Of a stretch of DNA of 64,000 nucleotides, positions 51,178-61,057 are shown piece after piece. The stretch is from Octopus sinensis. Lineage: Eukaryota. Both the position numbers and the translations under genes were made by a program. The notes below the pieces were generated by a model, which had not been told where the DNA came from, made no database searches, and saw nothing but the letters and a program-made list of their open reading frames with translations. Within the stretch, counting starts at the first letter, position 1; each line of letters begins with the position of its first letter. The stretch covers positions 27,466,001-27,530,000 of the forward strand of contig NC_043015.1 in the NCBI RefSeq assembly GCF_006345805.1, read 5' to 3'.

Positions 51178-54018
51178 ATGCCTGACTTGCACTCGTTCGT
51201 CCAACACCTTCAATCCCTCCTCAGCCGCTACCTCGCGTTCTTCCCCCCACAATGTTCCGCACCTGCTATAAAACTTTCCCGCTTGCTTTTTAAGAAAACC
51301 CGCCACTCGAGTCATCTTTCTTTCTTAGCCGGTGCCTCCGCCATCATGTCACACCCCGCGGGTTCCTCTTGAAGTTCCACGCTACCCCCTATTCCTCCCC
51401 CTTCATCGAACCCACCCTCGCTCGTACCTCCCGCTCCCTCCTCCGCGCCACCATCCGCTCCACCCGCCCCCTCCTTGACTCCCTCGACCATCAACTTCCC
51501 CAGGCCTACCTCCTTCTCTCCGCCCTCTGCCCTCCACTCTTCACCCAACCTATCCTCCGCTTCATTCTTAATCTCAACCACCAACTCTACAACCACCTCA
51601 CACACACAAAAAACAAAAAACTCCACCTCCTCCTCAACCCCTCACCCCCTTCCCCATCCTCCCCCACTGTTCCCCCCCTCCTTCGCACCTACCCCACCCT
51701 TCCACGGACCCACCCCCCCCACCGTGACCTTCCTACGCCTAACCCATCTTCACCCAACCACCCCTACCCTCCCCTTCACACCCCTGCACCCCCTCCGCCT
51801 GCCCCTAGTCCTCCCACCACCCCGCTTCCTCGCGCTGTTGTCACTATACCCCCCCACCTCCCCCTCTCCGCCGCTGAGCGCTCCCTCCTCAGTAAGGGTC
51901 TCCGCTTCACGCCACTCACGCGCCACTGTGATGAGTTCGAGACTCGGGCGGACGTCAACCTGTTCCTGCGCCGCCTCAAACTTCGCGCATACTACCACGC
52001 GTCCCCGCAGCGTCACAACAATCAGGATTGCCTTTTGGAGCTGGGGCGTCGTCCATCCATCTGGACGCCGCCCCCAGGCCTTTTCAGTAGCCTAGATTCG
52101 TTTGTACATGACTGCAACGCTTTGGTCCACCGTTTCAACTTTGAACCAAGACCCCGCCGAGCCAACCTCACTCGGGCCGAATCCATTGCCCTTCGCCACC
52201 TCCGCCGTCGTGATGACATTGTCATCAAACCGGCGGACAAAGGCGGGGCAGTGGTAGTGTGGCGCGCGGACCTATACAGGGAGGAAGCGCTCAACCAGCT
52301 TCAAAATCCACTCTTCTATCGCCTCCTCCCCTCCGATCCCACCTCCTCCTACCAACAGCGAGTGTCCTCCACCATCCACGACCTCATCTCCTCCTCCGCT
52401 CTCCCCCTCACCGCCACCAACCTCATCGTCCGCACACCCCGCACCTCCACCATCTACTTCCTTCCCAAGATCCATAAACCCTCTAATCCTGGCCGTCCCA
52501 TAGTCTCTGCCTGTAATTGCCCCACTGAACTCATCTCCCTATACCTCGACCGCATCCTGTCCCCCTTAGTCGCAGCCCTCCCATCCCACATACACGACAC
52601 CAACCACGCCCTCCGTCTCTTCAATTCCTTTTCCTTCCCTTCCAGCCCCTCACACCTCCTCTTCACTTTAGATGTAAAATCCCTGTACACAGTGATTCCC
52701 CACAATGACGGTCTCCTAGCCCTCCAACACTTCCTCGACCGTCGTCCCGACCCCACCCCCAGCACCCCCACCCTTCTCCGTTGGCTGAGCTCGTCCTCAC
52801 CCTCAATTGCTTCACGTTCGCCGGGGAAACGTACCAACAGGTGTCCGGGGTCGCGATGGGAACTAGGATGGGCCCCAATTTCGCCAATCTCTTTCTTGGC
52901 TACATTGAGGCCCAAGTGTTCTCCCAGTTCTCTGGGCCGACCCCCGAACTATACGGTCGCTATATCGACGACTGCGTAGGTGCCACCTCCCTTTCCCGTG
53001 AACTTCTCTGCCAATTCATCTCTTTCCTTTCCAACTTTCACCCCTCTCTTCAATTCACCTCCACCATCTCCAACACCTCTGTCAACTTCCTTGACATCTC
53101 TCTCCGCATCGATCACCCCTCCAGCTCTCTCACCACCACCGCCTTTTTTAAACCTACGGATTCCCACCTCTATCTCAACTTCTCTTCCTCCCACCCCTTC
53201 CACACCAAACGAGCCATCCCCTACTCCCAGTTCCTCCGCCTCCGACGTTTGTGCAGCCGCGACCAGGATTTCGAGACCCAATCTCAATACCTGGCCCGCA
53301 TGTTCAGACTCCGAGGTTACCCACCCATACTCCTCTCTGATGCCCTCACCCGCGCCCGTCGCATCGACCGCACTACCGCCCTGTCTCCTTCCCCCGCCCA
53401 CCCCCAACCGCACCCCTTCCCCCTCCTTTTCCACCCCTCTACCCTACCCCTTCGTCGCAAGATACTACGTGCCTTCCGTCGCCTCCAGCTTGATCCCACC
53501 ACCCCCCCATTTTCCCTAACCTACCCCTGTCCTCTTTCAAACGAGCCCGCAATCTGCGTGACCTCCTGGTCCACAGCACCCTCTCTCCTTCCCCCTCAGC
53601 CCCACACGGATCATTCCCTTGCTCTAGATCCCGTTGCAACACTTGCCCCTTCATCACCAACACCACCGCTGTCACCGGCTCCAACCTGCACACTGTACGC
53701 ATTAGGCACTCTTTTACGTGCACCTCGTCTGGCCTTATTTACTGCATTAAATGCAACCTATGCGGGATGCTGTATGTAGGACAGACGGGACGCCGGTTGT
53801 CCGACCGTTTCACTGAACACTTGAGGGACGTTCGCCTACACTCTCTTTCTCCCGTCGCACGCCACTTCCGCTCGGCCGGCCATTCCCTAGATGACATCTC
53901 AGTGTTTGGTCTCGCCCCCCACCATGGTCGCCCACTTTCCAGGCTCCACTTGGAGCAACGCTACATCTTCACCCTACAAACTACCACCCCACACGGACTT
54001 AACACAGCCCCCTCTTGA
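51178..54018 (+). CDS. PLE polyprotein (RT, Cys linker, GIY-YIG endonuclease), ~947 aa after repairing three -1 frameshifts
   Basis: IKPADKGGAVVVW, YFLPKIHK, GRPIVS, TLDVKSLY, GVAMGTRMGPNFANLF, RYIDDC, VNFLDI, SSHPFHTKRAIPYSQFLRLRRLCS; Neptune-type CSRSRCNTC linker; LIYCIKCNLCGMLYVGQTGRRLSDRFTEH..PVARHF. Frame breaks at ~51329, ~52779 and ~53505. Confidence 0.92.
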
Positions 54019-54039
54019 AATCCGTTTTTTTTTTTTTTT

Positions 54040-56205
54040 TTTTTTGTGGACACACACACCACACACCTCCCACACGCACACACCCCCCCTACCTCCCACA
54101 CCACACACCACCTACCTCCCACACGCCTGTTCACACACACACATACGTAGACCCATCTACGTACATACATTCACACATTTAATCACACACACTTACAGAC
54201 ATACTAACACACACTAACATACAAACCAACATGCACATACACACACACATACATACATACGCACACACATACATACTTACACACACACACACACACACAC
54301 AGACATACATACACACATACACACACACATACATACGCATACATACACACCACTCACACACACACACCGCACGTACATACTTCACACACACACATGCAAA
54401 CATACATGTAGGCACATACATACATACATACCTACACATGCACACCCTTACACTGAATGCACACACACATACACCTTTTTGCATCCAGGCAGCCCCCCTC
54501 TTTTCTGCTTTCCGGTTTTGGCTGATGGATCCTCGGTTCCCGCGTAGCGGGGCGTTCGAGGGCCTTTGCGCTCGCGCGCCTTGGCGCGCGCTGGGGGCTT
54601 GGTCGGCCCCTTGGGCTTGCGTTGTACTGCTTGTGCGTTGTGTGCGTGAGCGCGCTTCGTGTGTGTGGGCTTGCTTCGGATGTGCGCGTGCGTATGTATG
54701 CATACATACCCACACACTCGCATGCATCCCTACCCACATACATACACGCACACCTACTCACACACACACATACCTGCACACACACACACACATACATACA
54801 TACACATACATACCTACTTCAGACATACACACACACAGACATACACCCATACACTCACACTCACACGCATACACACACACACATACACACGCACACGTAC
54901 ACATACACACACACACACACACCTACATACATACATTACACTTGTATACACACACACTTACATTCATACACACACACACCTACACAGCCATACCCTCACT
55001 CAGACACACACATCTACCTACACACACACACAAACACACACGGACACACACCCATACATACATACATCTACACACACACGCCTACACACATACATACACA
55101 CATACATAAACACACACACATACACATATACACACATACGCACACACACATATACTTATACACATGCACACACACACACATACATACATACACCCATATA
55201 CATACACACACACATACCCACATACTCCTATACGCACATACATACACACAGACATACACACATACACACTCACACAAACATACACACACACATACTTACA
55301 CACACACTCACCTGCACGCGCACACACATGCATGACAAACACCCATACACTCACACTCACATACGCACACACCAACATAAACACGCACACGCACACGCAC
55401 ACACACTACACTCCCACACACATACACACGCACCTACATACACACACGCACGCATACACCAACATACATTACACACGTACACACACACCACATACACATG
55501 CATACACACACACACCAAAACATGCACGGACACACCCAGACATACACACATACACCTATATACACACGCCCACACACCTACATACACACACATATACACA
55601 CGCCCACACACCTACATACACACACATACATACACACACATACACGGACACACCCATACATACTTACATACATACACCTATACACACACGCCTACACACC
55701 TACATACACACACACACACATGTACGCACACACACACACATATACGCACATACATATATACCCACACACATGCACACACACCACACATACGCACATGCAT
55801 GCATGCATGCATGCACACGCGCACACCTACACGCATACACACACACACACGCACGTACACATACATACACACACGCATACATACACCCATACACATACAT
55901 GCATCCTACACACACATACATACACACTCACACATACATACACACACACACACTCACTCACACACCTGTATGTACGCGCACACACATGCACATACACACA
56001 CTTCCCCACACCCACACGTACATACATACACACTCACACACATACACACACACCACACACAACACGGACATACATCTATGCACACACATACATACACACA
56101 TACTCACATACATTCATCGGACACACTGCCACCCGGACATACACACAGACACACTCACACATCCACACACATACATACTTACGCACATACTCGCAGGCTC
56201 GCGCA
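54040..56205. repeat. ~2.1-kb degenerate (CA)n/(CATA)n tract in the PLE 3' UTR, interrupted by a GC-rich patch at ~54480-54700
   Basis: Visible directly; source of the His/Thr and Cys/Val pseudo-ORFs. Confidence 0.95.
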
Positions 56206-56917
56206 CGCACGCGCTTGCGCCGGTTCGCGTACGCATACGCTCCGCAGGCACCTCGCTCTTGGACCGACAAGACCTCCCGCCCGTTCCTGGGACCGTCGCG
56301 TGTCGTTGGGTTTTCCCACGCCCGTCTCCGCGGGACCACTCTTCCATCTTCCCCTCAGCTGGAGTCCTTTTTCCTTAACCCCCCCCTTTTCGTTACACAC
56401 ACGCGCACACATATACACACATTGCTTAAATATATACATTACTCTTACACACATTCAATCTACTCGCCATTTAATACCACCACGACACTGGACACACACA
56501 CACACTACTACTCAACACACGCTGGCACGCTACATACGCCCCCACCCCTTCCCCTCCCTCCCTTCCTCCTCCTTCTTTTTCTTACTACTGACCCTTGTCT
56601 GCTAAGCTGACCACTATCTCGCCCTACCTCACACGCCTACACACAGACGCACACACTAACACACACATATATTTTTTGTTTTTTCATCTCGCCTCACACA
56701 CACACATACACACACGCACACGCACACACTCACACATACACACACATCTGTTGCGTTACCAACCTTGTCTCCACTCTTTTGCCTTTAAAAACCCACTTTG
56801 CTCTGTTTTCGTAAACATCCGCCTTTCACCATGTGCAACTCGTAAACACCAGTCGTCTTTTTTCTCTTTCCTGTTGCCCGCTCTGGGATCTTTCTTTCCT
56901 CTCTCTTCCTTCTTTAT

Positions 56918-56952
56918 GTTTCCGACGAAGAGCTCCGCTCGAAACGTCATAC
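56918..56952 (+). ncRNA. Minimal type I hammerhead motif in the 3' pLTR
   Basis: Identical to 50722-50756. Confidence 0.6.
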
Positions 56953-57037
56953 CTCCCTGCTTCCTTTTCCTGAGCGCCTATTAATAATAATACTGTAATT
57001 GTTCCATTGTTGTTGTTTTTTGTTTCCCGTTTGGATT

Positions 57038-57074
<37 letters not shown>

Positions 57075-57078
<4 letters not shown>

Positions 57079-57590
57079 TGGTACGTAAAAAGAACTCACT
57101 ATCCGAATCGTGGCGATTTGCCACGCCGCCTCCACTGGCTTCCGTGCCGGTGGCACGTAAAATTACACCAATCCGACGTACGACAGGCACCCATGGCCAA
57201 CCCCCTTTGCTTGCGAAGACATGTTGGGGCAAGCGAAATCGAAATCGAATTGAACCAGCCAGGATCCCTGGTCTGGTGGTACGTAAAAAGCACTATCCGA
57301 CTCGTGGCCGATGCCAGCACCGCCTCGACTGGCTTCCGTGCCGGTGGCACATAAAATACACCAATCTGACCGTGGCCGTTGCCAGCCTCGCCTGGCACCT
57401 GTGCAGGTGGCACGTAAAAAGCACCCACTACACTCACGGAGTGGTTGGCGTTAGGAAGGGCACCAGTTGTAGAAACATTGCCAGATAAGACTGGAGCCTG
57501 GTGCAGCCTTCTGGCTTCCCAGATCCCCGGTCGAACCGTCCAACCCATGCTAGCATGGAGAACGGACGTTAAACGATGATGATGATGATG
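57075..57590 (+). mobile_element. (ATG)n-tailed SINE copy with an expanded modular 5' region
   Basis: Five GGT(G)G(C/T)AC(G/A)TAAAA modules, then the family body (GGCGTTAGGAAGGGCA...) and ACGTTAAAC(GAT)n. Confidence 0.75.
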
Positions 57591-57592
57591 AT

Positions 57593-57951
57593 ATACGTAT
57601 ATATCAATTTCCACATACACAAGCATACAATAGATCCACGTGAAAGTACATACAATAAAACCACTTATACATAAACTAAACAAATATTAGTGCATTCATG
57701 AATGTATGTACATGCAAACCTACCTTACACAAAGCTACATATTAAACAACAGATGTAAATGTACACCAATATACCTATACAGCTCCATATACATACAAAC
57801 AAATTCAAGTATATAAGGAGTATACATATATATACACATGTATATATAATCCTACGAGTAATTATACATCATAGTTTAAATATGTAAAAACATAATACCA
57901 ATAGCAGTATAAGCCAGACTACATGCATGCACATACATGCGAGTATATACC

Positions 57952-58014
<63 letters not shown>

Positions 58015-61000
58015 TACATATATCTATCCCTACATACATACAAACCTATACAATCATCACATACACGAAAGTGTACCGAAGTCTATTCACAAGATCTAAT
58101 ATACATGAAAAATAACATAAAATAATACTTAAAACTACCACATGCATGTACACAAATAAACATACATAAATAAATAAATATATATATATACACATATGCA
58201 TATATACAAATCCATTATTGACCTCAAGATGGTTAGTACAATGACACATATTTTATGCATAACTATATACTAAATAACAAGTGTAAATACATATCAATAT
58301 ACTTAAATATAAGGATATATTTACAAACAAATACAAGTACATGAAGAATGTACAAATATGTACACACAAATAAACACTTATATAAAAATATATAAATATA
58401 TAAATTGTCGTTGTATTTAGGAATGGTCAACACACGATTTCACATCAAGAATCTTGCAAAATAAATGTATAAACGTAAATATATAAACATATTCACATAC
58501 AAATACATATATTACACACATATACATACATATACAATGATATGCCCATAACCCATTACAATTTCTTTACTCCTAAATATAATAAAGTAAAAATGCTCAT
58601 AATAACTAGTTGTATTTATTTCAAAGGGTATTTTATAATAAGTATTATTTTATCTGGAGAAAGTATACCCCATTTTATGATGACATGAATCATTACGTTC
58701 TTTAAGATTATTAATAATCAGTAGATTAGTCCTAATTATAAAGAAAATCTCATTAATGCATAATGAGCATTTTCTATTCTTATTATTATACGCTGGTGCA
58801 GATATAAGTATTTTCCATTGCAAATTATAATTAATTTTTTTTATCCTTAAGCTCCCATATATATGCACTTAACCCTGTCGAATTACTCCTATTTCTATTT
58901 TTAAAAGTATATCTGTGATAATTAAGTCTCTGTTTCAAATTATTCTTAGTAGCCCCAATATAGACTCTATTATCATATTGTGTACTTACTATACATTGAT
59001 ATACTACCTCCTTTTCATGCAGTCATTATTAAATACACAATTTTCTCTAATCCTACAATTGCACCTATTAGCTTGTTGTAGTTGCTTTACTTTATTATGA
59101 TTAATTGTTACTGCATTATTATCATTATTATTATTAATATTATTATCATTATTACTTACTATTCCCATATCCACCGGCATGTTATTATTGATATTATTGT
59201 TCTTATTTATGCTATATTTTATGTTATTATTATTACTTATAGTGTTATCATTACTAATTCTATTAATATTATCTATGCTATTATTACTCGTTATAGTATT
59301 GCTATTACTATAGATTCCATTTCGATTAATATTACTTATATTTCTACAATTATTATATCTTAAGTTATAGTAAGACACATTTGTGTTACCTAAATTATTT
59401 TTTCTATTTAGATAGAAATAATCAAGTTTTTTTATTATTAATTGAGGATATGATGATGGCCAGATTATGAGTAAAACTGTATCCTATTCTAATAGTTTTA
59501 TTATTAATTATATCCCAGTATTTGTTCTTTCCTTTTCCAAAATGTTTGTTTATTAAGTTGAAAATATTTCTTACTATGTTATTTTTAATTTGCATAGCAT
59601 ATGGAATTATTAACCACAGTGTATCTATTACATTATTTTGATTATACAGTTTATCTATATTATTTATAAATTCTCTATTCTCATTATTTCTTCTATAATC
59701 AGTAGAATTTTTATTATTATAATTTTGACTAAATGCTTTATTGTAGTTATTATTATTATAATAGCTCTTATTAACTTTACTATTTCTATTATTATTATTA
59801 ATATTTAATATATGATCTCTAATCCCGTTTACACTATTATTAGTATTATTTCTATTCATATGAATATTATTTTTGTGATAATTCTTTTTATTTGGATTAT
59901 TGTTATGCATGTCTAACCAGTGTTTATTAGTAGTTGATAATTTATTCCTAGTGTTAAGGCTGCTATTGGGGATATATTTTATTTTACTATTATATCCTGC
60001 CCTGTGTAATGCGGAGTTATACTTTTCACTATGTCTATTAAATATCTCTTCATTCAAGGAAAGGTTAGAAATCCTTTTACTTATGTTTAGTAGTAGTGCT
60101 TTTTTAATTTGTGGAGGGTGATTACTAGAGTTGTTTGTATATCTTAAATTGGAATTTTGTTTCACATAAAGTTCATGGAGTCCAGTATTGAGGTTACAAT
60201 TAACATCAAAATAATTAATAGAATTAATAATTAATAGAATAGTAATGGATTGGCCAAAGCTCTTTAAAAATTTTTGCAATACTAATATTAGCATGAAGGA
60301 AATTAAGGTAATTTTCACAGCAAGAAAAACAGTTATAGAATTCTATAATAAGATTATGGGCTAAAAAGGATATGCCTGACTTATTTGGGTTCGCCGGATT
60401 TAGCGGAAACGACAGATTTAGTAAGGATTTATTTATTAGATAATTTAAGTAGAGAATTTCCTGAATTAAATGGCAGCCTCTATAGAGACGATGGTTTATT
60501 TTTAGTTAAGAACCAATCTAACAGAAGACTAAAAAATACTCAAGAAACGATTGCATAAATTTATGTTTTTATATATTTAAACTATGATGTATAGTTACTT
60601 GTGGGGTTATATATATATGTGTATACTTCTGATATACTTGTATTTGTTTGTACGTATATGGAGTTGTATTGGTATATTGGTGTGCATTTACATCTGTTGT
60701 TTAATTTGTAGTTTGTGTAAGGTAGGTTTGCATGTACATACATTCATGAGTGCACTAGTATTTTACATATTTAAACTATGATGTATAATTACTTGTGGAG
60801 TTATATATACATGTGTGTATATATGTATACTCCTTATATACTTGTATTTGTTTGTATGTATATGGAGCTGTATAGGTATATTGGTGTACATTTACATCTG
60901 TTGTTTAATATGTAGCTTTGTGTAAGGTAGGTTTGCATGTACATACATTCATGAATGCACTAGTATTTGTTTAGTTTATGTATAAGTGGTTTTATTGTAT

Positions 61001-61057
61001 GTACTTTCACGTGGATCTATTGTATGCTTGTGTATGTGGAAATTGATATATACGTAT
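57593..61057 (-). mobile_element. 5'-truncated second PLE (non-Neptune; Nematis/Hydra-like motif set) with ~297-bp terminal inverted repeats and an inverted RT segment
   Basis: Minus strand: INYFDVNCNLNTG, SNHPPQIKK..ISKRISNLSLNEEIF..YNSALHRAGY, CNCRIRENC, WKILISAPAYNNKNRKCSLC. Plus strand 60281-60557: TARKT, TYLGSPDLAETTDLVRIYLL, LYRDDGL. 57593-57889 is the reverse complement of 60761-61057; partial tandem copy at 60561-60760. Confidence 0.85.

Larger units (their letters stand above)
50009..57046 (+). mobile_element. Full-length Penelope-like element, Neptune type (~7 kb), inserted in (TA)n
   Basis: ~840-bp direct pseudo-LTRs (50011-50851 and 56211-57046), RT+GIY-YIG ORF, an HHR motif in each pLTR, and (TA)n on both outer flanks. 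Confidence 0.92.

Noticed and set aside
54179-56610. Long ORFs of up to 648 aa rich in His/Thr or Cys/Val
   Set aside because: They are translations of (CA)n/(TG)n microsatellite, which lacks stop codons.
57075-57430. CRISPR-like repeat-spacer look
   Set aside because: Eukaryotic context, no cas genes, degenerate repeats, and intervening segments partly homologous to each other; it is part of a SINE.
57900-58650. Expected hammerhead in the second PLE's 3' region
   Set aside because: No CUGANGA/GAAA pair in register was found by eye on either strand.
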